Numbered from the stretch's first letter, positions 44,268-54,956 are shown. The stretch is DNA of 64,000 nt from Schmidtea polychroa (GCA_044892525.1 CM097885.1:44952001-45016000), one strand, 5' to 3'. Notes: generated from the letters alone by a model not told the origin. Numbers and translations: made by a program.

Positions 44268-45242
44268 TGTTGAGGTCTCGATATTCGGGAACACTCAACT
44301 TACTGGTTCTTATATATATAACAAAACAAATAAAGATGTATATAAAGGTTTATTGAAAGTAAAATTTACCAAATATAATCCAATTACAATTCTGAACAAT
44401 CGATACTCGTTTGTTAAATTCTCCAACTGAAATGCGTGCAAAAGAAAGTATGTTTATTGTTATTTGTTGTGTGTGCGTGTTGTGTCTTCGTAAGCTTTTA
44501 CTATTTGTGAATCGTTTTGTGCTGATTCAAATGATTGAATTATCCTCAGGATTTACCTTCGAATATAAAATCTTTGCGCTATTTTTGGGCGACTAAAACT
44601 AATTTTTCGTCGCTATTTATATAAAATTTTAGGGCAGCTGTTATTTTATAAATTAATTATTATTATTTTTTATAATTTAAATAATTAGTTTTCGTTTTAT
44701 TTCAAGAGGCACTTATTAATTATTCAATTTTTTCCATACGACTATTTTCTTGTTTTGAAGAACACTTATTATTTCTAGAATATTTTTTCAGCTGATTATG
44801 AATAAAATTTTTCAGCTGTTTAAAGAATTTATAAAATTTTTTGTTATATTGAATATCGAATTAAAATTAATTAAAATTTACTGTTATCAAATTAAAATTA
44901 TTAAAATATTTTTCCCTTGTATATAATTAAGATGTTAACTAATAAAATCTATTAAATACATACACCCGATAAAATATTAACATTCTACATAAATATTCAA
45001 ACGGAAAATAAGATAAAAATATTCAGACGGAAAATAAGATAAAATATACATATAAATAAGATAAAATATACATGGATTGTCACAATTGTTAATAAGATAG
45101 AATAGTCAATTATATTTACACAATTGTTGATAAGATAGAATATGCATAGTTTGCTCGACGATTTAGTCAGTTTTCAGATTGCTGGGTTGTCTTTGGGTTG
45201 AATTGATTTGCTTAAAATTGGGTTGTTTGTTGGAATATTTAT

Positions 45243-47332
45243 CTATCTGCGCTCTTCGGCGTACACATTTACTCTATATTTTTTGGGCCCTGTCCTGTAG
45301 TATTTGTCTAGGGTAAATGTAATGATGGGCCTACCCTCATCATCTAACATTCCTCCCTGGGCCGTTAAGATAATGTCCGCATTATCTCTTATACTGCGTA
45401 CCAGCTCGATTTCGCTGTCTCTTATCAGCATCCTCGTTTTGTTGAACCCTTTTGCCAATGCGAGATTCAATGTGTCGCCATCATTTATACGCCTTCCAAA
45501 ATGTCGGGTCAATTCCTTTTCTGTAATCTGCTTCTTCTCCTTGGGTATGATAAAATTGGGTTCCTCCTCGATTGCGATATCTGGTTCCAGTCCCAATTCG
45601 TCTATATCCATATTTTCCTCCTCTTGCTCGTTGATTGAGAAGTATTCCTCATCAGAGTCGAGGTCGCATTCCATTAGTTTTCCTGGATGGAATTTTGGTT
45701 CCTGTAATTCCAGTTTGACTGTTGCTTCAGGTATTCGTATTTTCTCCTCTTCGATGAATATTACGTCGTCATCGCTTTCCATTAATTCATTTTCGAAAGT
45801 CCTGCGTGTCCCGTCTTTATTAAATTTCAATTCGATTTGCGATGGTTCTATATAAATGTCTTCTTCATCGCCCGACATATCCTCCAGACTACTTTCTTTA
45901 ATGGGATATAACTGATCTTTCATTTGTTGTTCACTGAAGGCTTCTGAGTCCCATTTAACAACTTCTTCCCATTGATTTTCTACAATTGCATATATCACTT
46001 TGACGATCATTGTGTTTTGCCATGCTGGAAATGGTTCGGGTTCACGCAGCATTCTATTTATGCGTTTATCTTTGTCCCATCTTTTGTGATGTCTGATTAC
46101 CTGGTATGCCAGGTTGGACAATTTTATCTTGTGTGGCGCAACGTTTTTGACGTACGAGCACATAAATATATCTTCCGACATTTCTCTAACTCCCATAACA
46201 TTATAGAGATCTAATGTGAGAGCTTTGAGTTTTCCAATGATGTCGAATCCTACGACTATTTTTCCGCAAAGTAACTGTTGGATTTCGACCAGTGCTTCGT
46301 ATTCATCTTTATTTCCGATGATATTTTCCTTGTTGGCCTTTGTCTTCTCTGGATAATAATGTAGGATTTTCGTTCTAGGTGTAATTTTCTCATCAAATAT
46401 TGTTACACCCTTAAAATTCCGTATGCTGACCTCTACTGGCCTTAAGTTATTGTTGATGTCGCATACTAATTTTGCATCTACAAACATTATCAGATGATGT
46501 CTCTCCGCCGTGGATAATTCTTTGTGGGTAAATGACATTTTTCTTCTGATGAAATCTCCATGCATATAAATGTTTGATTTAATGAGTTCCAACTGCTGAA
46601 ATGGATTTGGGATAGTGGGTATGTATAATATTTCGATCGCTATGACACAGGGTAGGCTGTTCATTTGGACTATCAATTCATTGTAGTCGTTTGGGACACT
46701 CCGATCATTTTTTGTAGTTTTTATTGTTATGGTGCAATTGCTCGTGGTGATCAACGGTATCCTTTGTTGGCATATTGCTACCTCTGTTTTTGTGATGTGA
46801 AATAAAATTCTATGGGGCACTTTCTTTCCAGCTCTTGCAGCCTCCTCTGCATTGGGGAATTTGTCATACGCTCCGATTAATTCTCTTAATTTGACTCTTC
46901 TTGCTTCGTTAAATTTGATAAGATGCAATTCCCTTTCTTCTATCTCGATTTTCATATCATTAGGAATGCATACTTGGTTGGGGAAACTTCTAATAGTAAT
47001 GGGAGTACCATCTGTGCTGATCTTATTTTGCAGGTTTTTATAGAAACTGTGGCAGTGTTTCTGTAACATCGGCACATATTGCCTTTTCTGAGTTTCAGGA
47101 TTTCGCTGAGGTTTTGTTCTTTGAGAATGCATGTGAACTGACGTATGTGGGTGCATTGATTTGTTTGAATGAAGACGATTGGATTGATTAGATTGGCTGA
47201 TTTGATTTTGGGTTATTGGAGGATCGATTTGATTAGGCTGATTTATTTGGGGATTGATTTGACTGAATTGATTCGATAAACTTCTTATTACTATTCTAAA
47301 AACAAATAATAAATATTTATGCTTGTTGCGCA
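45243..47332 (-). CDS. Accessory ORF with a degenerate DEDDh (REX4/ISG20-like) exonuclease domain and acidic C-terminus
   Basis: Long intact ORF; IMFVDAKLV...VEVSIRNFKGVTIFDEKITP...EIQQLLCGKIVVGF...LKALTL...KLSNLAYQVI. True start uncertain. Confidence 0.7.
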
Positions 47333-47430
47333 TTTGAGGTTTAACCTTATACGCAGTTATATAAATATTAATATATATACTTTTATTATATATCATTGAC
47401 CAATTTATGTAATTAAAATTTTTTAAGTTA

Positions 47431-49350
47431 TTATACCAGTGTGGACAGAGTATATTGTCCAGGGATATATTTGTCCAAGTGAAAATGCCCTGGTGCTTCT
47501 TTGACCAGTCGGTGCCGATACCGCTGCCTTTTCCACTTGTACTTTTTATAAACTTGTACACTAGTGACAATTGCTAAAATCGCGAATGATACTACACTTG
47601 TAGCTATTACATAAAAAGGCCATTGTGGTTTACTTGCTTTCTTTTGAAAGACTTGTAATTCGTTCCAGTTATTTATAACTATCGGTTTTCCTGTAGGTAA
47701 TTTTATCAGTTTCCTATCAGACTGTCTTGGATTTTTCATTATTAATTTTTTATATATTTGTCTAACCGCTTTAAATGTCGTTTTCCTATATATATTCGTT
47801 ATCGTTTGTGATATAGGATGTGTGGGTGTTGAATTTATAGTAGTTGTTTTTCTGGTTGTTGATATCTTCTTTCTTTTTGGTTTTCTTATTCTAAGTCTGT
47901 TTATTTTAGTAGTTTTTAGTCTTTTGCACCTTATCTGTGATGTGTCAACTAATGTATTCCATTGTGCACAAAGTGTGTAATTAGTGTTGGGTTGTAGATT
48001 TCCGAATTCAACATTATCCCCTCTTTCAAATTCATTAGTTGATCTATTTTCAATTTTTTTCATAAGTTTGGGTATATTATCCCTAGTTTCCAGATACAAG
48101 TCTCTTATTGGTGATTTATTTAAGTTATATACTCTAATTTTATATGGTGAAATGTTGATTAAAATATCTTCAGCCATGTATTCTACTGAGTGTATGTTCT
48201 CGTTTTCTACTTCAGTTGATTTACCCAACCCTATAATTGTTAAAAATGTCGCTGCCATCATCAGTGCTTTTTGTGATCGTAATCCATATTTGTGAGGTGG
48301 TTTTTCTACTAACTCTGTTTCTGCTAATTTGCATCTGTTAACATGTACTATTATAGGATCCTCATTTTTATGTTTTTGTAAATGCAGGTTTTCATGTATT
48401 ACTTTTACTACCTCGTATGGTCCTTTAAATGGTCTTGCTAATTTAGTTGTTTTGCCTTTTCCTACTTGTGGAGACATAAGTCTAACCTTATCTCCCACTT
48501 TAAAATTATGAGGTTTGCTATTTTTATCGTAATCTGCTTTATATTGTTCTTGTCTGAATTTAACTTTTAAATTTGCAACCTTGTATACCTCTTGTAATCT
48601 CTCTCGCATTAATGTTACATAATCTGGCGCATCTAAATATTGTGATACTCGAGGCTCAAAAATTGTATCAATCGGTGTCGCAGGCTCTCTTAAGAACATT
48701 AGAAAATATGGTGAATATCCCGTTGTCTCATTTGGTGTGATATTATGGATGTATGTACATTGATTAACGTATTCATCCCAATCATTTTGGTTTTTTCCCA
48801 CAAACACAGCTAATCTACTTAGCAATGTCCCATTGAATCTCTCTACTAAACCATCGGTCTGAGGGTGGTATGCTGTTGTGTTGATTTTATGCATGTTAAA
48901 TATGTTAGCTACTCATTTTATAGTTTCACTCATGAAATTTTTCCCTTTATCTGTTAATAATTTTCTCGGTGTACCGATTTTAAAGATTATTTTTTCCACA
49001 AGTAATTTAGCTACTGTTTCTGCTGTTTCATCTTTTGTAGGAAATGCCTCTGCCCATTTTGTAAAATAATCGCTAAAAACTAGTATGTGCTTATTCCCCT
49101 TAATTGTTGTGGGTAGTTTACACAAAAATCCATTGCGCACAATTCCATTGGTGATGTTGTAGCTGGGATTGGATGTAAAGGTGCTTTAGTTTTTGTTCCT
49201 GTATTTTTTCTAGTTGCGCATATTGTGCATGCATTACACCATCTCTTGACATCCTTTTTCAAATCGTCCCAATAATATTTTTGCATCAATCTGCTTGCTG
49301 TTTTCCTACTTGATAAATGACCTCCTAAAGCACCATCGTGGTATTGTAAC
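47431..49350 (-). pseudogene. Integrase with a C-terminal membrane-protein extension (frameshift ~49127, TGA at 48913)
   Basis: HHCC finger, DYFTKW, TDKGKNF, YHPQTDGLVERFN, GPY, YGLRS; then a hydrophobic segment, NLQPNTNYTLC, Thr-rich stalk, TM WPFYVIATSVVSFAILAIVTSV, basic tail. Confidence 0.88.
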
Positions 49351-51890
49351 AGAAGAATTTGTCTTAATCTTTGTGGTACTACTATTAATTGTTTACCGCT
49401 AAAATCCTCAATAGCAATTAACTTCTTACAGATTTTATACTTTTGGTTAGTTCCCTTTTTTATTTCTTCTCTTATCTTGAAGAGTTCTGGATCTTTCATT
49501 TGTTCCTCATATATTTCTATTGGTTTTTCGGTTACTAATGCAAAAACTTCTAGTGTTCCTAACTCTGGAATTCGTGATAATGCATCTGCATTCCTGTTTA
49601 TTCTACCTGGTTTATATGCAATCTTTATGTGCATGTCTTGTATTTTCATTGCCCATTTTAACAGTCTACTGGATGTATCTTTATGTTTCCATAACCCTTC
49701 TAATGGCTTATGGTCTGTTCTAATTACTACTTCAGTTCCATATATGTATGGTTTAAATTGTTTTAATGCAAAAACTATAGCATAACATTCTTTCTCAATT
49801 TTTGAGTACCTAATCTGTGCTCCTTTTAATGTTTTGCTTGCATAAGCTATTACATAATCTTTACCCTTTTCCTCTTCTTGTCCTAAGACTGCCCCTACGG
49901 CCTTCCCGCTGGCGTCTGTCATGACAATGAACTGTTTTTTAAAGTCTGGGTATCTTAGTATCGGTGCTGTTATTAATTTTTCTTTTAGTTGATCAAAGGC
50001 TTTTTGGTGTTCATCTTTCCATTTCCTTTGTGGCTTGTTAATTTTATCGTTAATCTCTTGTACTATTAACACTCCTTTACTCTCTCCCTTTGTTTTGACT
50101 CCTTTTGTTAACTCAATTAGTGGTGCTGCAATTTTTGCATAATCTTGTATGAATTTACGATAATATCCTGTGAGACCTAAAAATCCCTGTACTTGTTGTA
50201 ATGTTTTTGGAACTGGGAATTTTTTAACTACTTCAATTTTATCGGGATTAGGTATTATACCATCTACTGTAACTATATGTCCTAAGAATAATGCTGAAGG
50301 TTCTGCCCATTTACACTTAGTGGGTTTTATTTTGATTTTTGCTTTTCTTAATCTTTCTAGTACGTTAGCTATATCTTTTAGATGTTCCTCAAATGTTTTT
50401 GATGAAATTAATATATCATCCATATATACTGCGCAATGTTGTACGTCTACTAATACTGTATTCATTAAACGTTGAAATGTTGCTGGCGCATTAGTTAACC
50501 CAAAAGGTAATCTTGTATATTCATATAAAGCGTCTTCTATCACAAAAGCTGTCTTTTCCGCATCCCCCTCTTCCATTTGAATTTGCATGTAGCCTTTATT
50601 TGCATCTATTACTGTGAAATATTTAGTATCTCTAAGTTTATCATATTGTTCTTGTGCTTTTGGGAATGGGTATGAATCTTTTACTGTTACATCATTTAAT
50701 TTACGATAATCAATGCACATTCGAATTTCCCCGTCTTTCTTTCTAACTGGTACGATAGGTGATGCCCATTGTGAAAAACTTTGTTTTATTACGCCTGCCT
50801 CTTTTAATTCTTTAATTTGTCGTTTTATTTCCTCCCTCAGTTTATATGGTACACTATAGGGTCTCTGTTTTATTGGTCTAGCATTCCCTGTATCGATTAC
50901 ATGTTTGATAATGTCAGTATCTCCTAAATCAAATTCGTGTTTTGCAAAAACATCACTGTATGCGTCAAGTAATATTTGTAGTTGTAGTTGTTGTGTTTCA
51001 TTTAGATAATTACTATTTATTTTAATTTTATCATAAAATTTGATATTATTCGCTCTACTCTGTTCGACCATTCTTTCACTGACATCCTTCGTCATCGACA
51101 TCTCACATACTTCAAATGTTTGCTCTAATTCACCTTTGAACAACTTTCCCAATTTTGTACCTTTATGAATTTTTACTTTATTTCTTTCGTAATTCGCGAT
51201 TCTTATTGGAATTATCCCATTATTTGGAATTACACACTCGTCTGTTAACATTACGTTATGATTTCGTGATATTGCCGTTTCAGGCTCGAAAATGAAAGTG
51301 TCCTCACTTTTAACATTAACTTTTACTGGAATTATATGATCACTTTGATACTCTAGTTCAAATGTCTCTAATGCAATTACCTCAGTAAATCTTGCGTCTT
51401 GATATATTGCCTTCCGTTTGACTGTACTATCCGTTAAATCGATTACACAGTTTTTTAACTTTTTGAGTATGTCCATCCCAAGGACACATACGCATTTACA
51501 TTCTGCTACTACCTTGAAGACATGTTCAACCACTTGATCCGAAAAGTGGACTGTTAATTCGATATCTCCTTTTAATGGTATGTAATGTGATGATAATGAA
51601 ATTACTCTATCTCTTGTGCTCACGATATTTTTCTTTTGGTTTCCGGTTAACTGATCTTCACGAATCATAGAAGCTGCTGCTCCTGTGTCACATAATGCCT
51701 TTATTATCGTATCATTTATCACTATTTGTAATTTAGGCCTTGCTTCATTTAACCCTTCTAATATATCGTCAAGTTCTAACCCGTAACATCCATAAGTTTT
51801 CCTTGGAACACCATGACAATTACCATTTTCACCTGGGATTCTTATTTCAATATTATTTCTCAATTCTGTCAATTGTTCTCTTTGATTATC
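49080..51890 (-). CDS. pol: pol: aspartic protease, RT, RNase H, integrase N-terminus
   Basis: ALCDTGAAASMI; WASPIVPVRKKDG..RMCIDYRKLN; LPFGLTNAPATFQR; YMDDILI; TDASGKAVGAVL; TDHKPL; ADALSR. Confidence 0.97.
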   Translation of the reverse strand, partial: DNQREQLTELRNNIEIRIPGENGNCHGVPRKTYGCYGLELDDILEGLNEARPKLQIVINDTIIKALCDTGAAASMIREDQLTGNQKKNIVSTRDRVISLSSHYIPLKGDIELTVHFSDQVVEHVFKVVAECKCVCVLGMDILKKLKNCVIDLTDSTVKRKAIYQDARFTEVIALETFELEYQSDHIIPVKVNVKSEDTFIFEPETAISRNHNVMLTDECVIPNNGIIPIRIANYERNKVKIHKGTKLGKLFKGELEQTFEVCEMSMTKDVSERMVEQSRANNIKFYDKIKINSNYLNETQQLQLQILLDAYSDVFAKHEFDLGDTDIIKHVIDTGNARPIKQRPYSVPYKLREEIKRQIKELKEAGVIKQSFSQWASPIVPVRKKDGEIRMCIDYRKLNDVTVKDSYPFPKAQEQYDKLRDTKYFTVIDANKGYMQIQMEEGDAEKTAFVIEDALYEYTRLPFGLTNAPATFQRLMNTVLVDVQHCAVYMDDILISSKTFEEHLKDIANVLERLRKAKIKIKPTKCKWAEPSALFLGHIVTVDGIIPNPDKIEVVKKFPVPKTLQQVQGFLGLTGYYRKFIQDYAKIAAPLIELTKGVKTKGESKGVLIVQEINDKINKPQRKWKDEHQKAFDQLKEKLITAPILRYPDFKKQFIVMTDASGKAVGAVLGQEEEKGKDYVIAYASKTLKGAQIRYSKIEKECYAIVFALKQFKPYIYGTEVVIRTDHKPLEGLWKHKDTSSRLLKWAMKIQDMHIKIAYKPGRINRNADALSRIPELGTLEVFALVTEKPIEIYEEQMKDPELFKIREEIKKGTNQKYKICKKLIAIEDFSGKQLIVVPQRLRQILLLQYHDGALGGHLSSRKTASRLMQKYYWDDLKKDVKRWCNACTICATRKNTGTKTKAPLHPIPATTSPMELCAMDFCVNYPQQLRGISTY

Positions 51891-53864
51891 CTATAACCCA
51901 ATATGTGGTTGCTCAATATTTTCTGATCTGTTTGTATCGTCCTCTTTTTCATTGGTGATCATTATTTCACCCTCTTCCCTTCGACTTTTCATCCGCTTGA
52001 TTTCCTTATCGTGCCTCGCAGTGATCAAATATTTGGCTATGAATGGACATAAACATGCTATCATTTTATATGAATTACCAAAGACTTGTCTCAGTTGTCT
52101 TAACGAAACTAATGATGAGCAAATCATTTTCAATAGTGCTACTGTATAATATATGCCCAGTATAGTGGAAAACGTGTTACCGAGAATCGCAAAATATCCC
52201 CATATGCTGTATAATACTCTATACACAACTTTCTTGAAGTGCTCTTTTGATAATAATACATCAAAGTTGTAATTCCCTCCATAACTATTTTCGATGATTT
52301 TGTTTACCATGATAGAAAGAACTTTTTCTTTTTCATGAGGAAATAACATATGTTTTCTGGCGCTCTCTATCGCCTCTCTCGTATACATCCCATTGTTATC
52401 CATTTCGTTGACTTCCTGAAATTCTAACTTTTTCTCAAGTTCAGTTAGTTCTAGTTTTTGTGGTTTAGTCGCTTCTTTTCTATCTGACATTGTAATCCAC
52501 ATATCATCATTTATTTTGTATAATGGATCCAATAGATTAGTACATTTATCAATTTTTCTCGGAACATAGTCTTTATCTGTTAATATCCTTGTTATTGGTT
52601 GGAGGTACACAGTTTCTCCTTTATACACTACTGGCAGTTCGTTTGTGCACTTATTATTCGTTGCTAAAGATACGCTAACCGGTTTGCACTGAAATGTTTG
52701 TATCACTTCACCGACGACTCTTGCAAATGTCCCTTTTTCTGCAAATAAAATTGGTGCCATCAAATCTGGGTTTGTGACTGCAACCGCCATCTTTGTTCTT
52801 AAAATTTCTCTGTTAAGTTTACAATCGTTTGCAATAGTTGCTTGATATACTTTGTCCAATTGTACTAACTGATGATGATAAAAGTAGTCGATTTTATTAT
52901 TAAAATATGACGCTAGCTTGACATCGAATTTATCTATTTTCGATTTTGCCTCTTTAATTTCACTTCCGCTGTTATAAATTCCTTCATAATTTGTTTGTAT
53001 AACTGCTTTTCCGCATTTGATACTTTCACCTTTCCCCACGAATCTCATCGCTTCTGTTTCAGAATCTGACATATATATCGTTGGTGTATCTCTCTCTTGA
53101 ATTATCGTTGCTCGTCGTTTTTGATCTTTAATGTTTTTGGATTCCATATCCGTAAACTGTTTACCTCGTATTGTTCTGAATTTTAATGTCTTTAGTTTAG
53201 TTAGATGGCATTCATATTTATTTACTTTGTATATGATCATTGACTCACCTGTATCACAGCTTGTCTCATCTAATGTGCAGAACTTATGTGTCATCATTTT
53301 CTTTGATGAACTATCAAATGACGCCTTGAATTTCCTTAATTCAATATAATATTGTCGTCTTACTACAATATTGTCTGCTACATGTCCCCATATTTTATAC
53401 GTTCCTCCTTCACAATATCCTCCTGTTGATGACCATCCAACGACATTTACTAATTGCCTTACTCGTGCTCCTACCTGAGCATTTAACTCAAATCCATCTG
53501 GCGTTTTTATCTTTTTTGTCTTAAATGCATTTTCACATTCGATTGGTGCTATTATTATCGCTTCTGGTGCCCATGTTGGAGTTAATATTGTTCTCGCTAT
53601 TTTATTACATACAAAACTTTCCTCTGAATATTTAACGATACACTCTCCTGCCTCAGTGTGAATGAAGTCAGACTCTTGATATATGTGAAAAATCTTTGGA
53701 TCTGCAACAATTAGTTTTGTTGGATTAGCCTCTGGGCAATTCTCTACATCTAATAATGAATATTTCTGTCCCCACTTAGGATTCTGACAGTCATACGCTA
53801 TGATCGCATTATTTCCTTTTATCAGATCTAACAATAACGTTATTACTATAATTACTATTGACAT
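51891..53864 (-). CDS. env: Envelope glycoprotein, chuvirus-like (class III fusion-type)
   Basis: Signal-like MSIVIIVITLLLDL; IIAYDC...SLLDVENC; many Cys; CTNELPVVYKGETVYLQPITRIL; GMYT...MLFP; C-terminal TM WGYFAILGNTFSTILGIYYTVALL. Confidence 0.8.
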   Translation of the reverse strand: MSIVIIVITLLLDLIKGNNAIIAYDCQNPKWGQKYSLLDVENCPEANPTKLIVADPKIFHIYQESDFIHTEAGECIVKYSEESFVCNKIARTILTPTWAPEAIIIAPIECENAFKTKKIKTPDGFELNAQVGARVRQLVNVVGWSSTGGYCEGGTYKIWGHVADNIVVRRQYYIELRKFKASFDSSSKKMMTHKFCTLDETSCDTGESMIIYKVNKYECHLTKLKTLKFRTIRGKQFTDMESKNIKDQKRRATIIQERDTPTIYMSDSETEAMRFVGKGESIKCGKAVIQTNYEGIYNSGSEIKEAKSKIDKFDVKLASYFNNKIDYFYHHQLVQLDKVYQATIANDCKLNREILRTKMAVAVTNPDLMAPILFAEKGTFARVVGEVIQTFQCKPVSVSLATNNKCTNELPVVYKGETVYLQPITRILTDKDYVPRKIDKCTNLLDPLYKINDDMWITMSDRKEATKPQKLELTELEKKLEFQEVNEMDNNGMYTREAIESARKHMLFPHEKEKVLSIMVNKIIENSYGGNYNFDVLLSKEHFKKVVYRVLYSIWGYFAILGNTFSTILGIYYTVALLKMICSSLVSLRQLRQVFGNSYKMIACLCPFIAKYLITARHDKEIKRMKSRREEGEIMITNEKEDDTNRSENIEQPHIGL

Positions 53865-53999
53865 TGTCGACTTTCTTTCTTTTTGACTCGGTCTCATAGT
53901 TGTTTTATTTACTAGATTTTTTACTGTCTCCTCCGTATCATCTATTTCTACATTAATATTATCTTCTACGCTTTCCTGAGCACTTTCGATTAGACTCTC

Positions 54000-54710
54000 A
54001 TCATACAGTATTTTCCATCCTCCCTTTAATTTTATCCATGGCATAGCATCTATCTTTAATTTATTATATATCATTTTAGCGATATTTTCTATTTGATTCT
54101 TTGGATTCAATCGCAAAAGTTTCTTGTATCTTGCTATTAAATATGCCATTGCCGTAATCACTTTATCTCGATTAACTCCTGTTGTAAATAATATCTTTAA
54201 CACTGTCTCTTCATTTGCTTCCTATGCACTCAATTCTCTAATCTCTTTTTCCATTAATTTAATCTTTTTAACTATATTTTCTATTAACGCTGATGGTTTT
54301 GCTTCCGGAAATCGTCTCATATTCATTGCTTTAACTAACTCAGTTATCATCTTTATATCTTTGTCATTATCCTGATTTTTTGGGACTTCCTGTCTCATAT
54401 TATTTGCAATATCTCTTAAACGCTCTGCTGCCTTTCTGTCATCTGACTTTTCGGCTATTTCAGATTTTCGAGGCCTTCCTCTACCTCGTCTCATCGTCTC
54501 TGCGTCCTGCATATTTGCTTGTTTCGCAATTTTTTCTATTGTTTCATGTAAATTATCATATTTAGTATCAATATGTTTAAAGATTTCATCGCTAACTGTT
54601 GGTGACCTCATTGCTCCTCCTGAAGAAGCATCCCACAATCTAAATAATTTATCATAGTCATTTTCGTCATTTATACTCAATTCTACTGATGGAGTTGGTG
54701 TATCAATTTC
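54000..54710 (-). pseudogene. AT-hook plus Bcl-2-like domain in frame with env/pol (in-frame TAG at 54222)
   Basis: RGRGRPRK (AT-hook); AERLRDIANNM (BH3-like); LFTTGVNRDKVITAMAY (BH1-like); PWIKLKGGW (BH2). Confidence 0.75.
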
Positions 54711-54956
54711 AGTAGTGAGGAATCTATGCACCCCAGCACCCCCACCCTAAAAAAAAACAGCGCTATTGACCCATATTTTCCACATTTATATGCTTTTTTA
54801 CCCCATATTCTTCACTTTTTTTAACTTTTAAGCTTTGTCCCCTATTGCCATTAACCCTTAATTTCTTCCCTTAAAAGTAAAAAAGTTCGGAATAGATGTA
54901 TTTATAGATTAGTAATTCCGAGAAAAGGTAACGGGGTGCATAGATTCCTCACTACT
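54711..54956. repeat. Polinton terminus with an internal perfect 24-bp inverted copy
   Basis: AGTAGTGAGGAATCTATGCACCCC (54711-54734) and its reverse complement at 54933-54956. Confidence 0.92.

Larger units (their letters stand above)
44268..54710 (-). mobile_element. Large Ty3/gypsy element (Burro-like) carrying Bcl-2-like, envelope glycoprotein and accessory genes; 5' part cut off by a Polinton
   Basis: PR-RT-RH-IN order with extra domains in frame. Putative 3' end ...CAACA at 44268 abuts an unrelated relic. The LTR start and PPT were not identified. Confidence 0.9.

Noticed and set aside
44990..45140. Short tandem duplications 3' of the accessory ORF as the LTR start
   Set aside because: No PPT+TG junction found, so the LTR boundary cannot be set without the 5' LTR.
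47333..47570. N-terminal 80 aa of the 775-aa ORF
   Set aside because: Overlaps the integrase-extension tail in another frame and an AT-rich spacer; probably not translated.
45304..54565. Plus-strand ORFs opposite the retroelement genes, and similar antisense ORFs elsewhere
   Set aside because: Antisense shadows of long coding frames with no motifs.
54711..54731. Start 'MHRFLTT' of ORF 54222-54731
   Set aside because: These codons are the reverse complement of the Polinton terminus; the real ORF is truncated at 54710.
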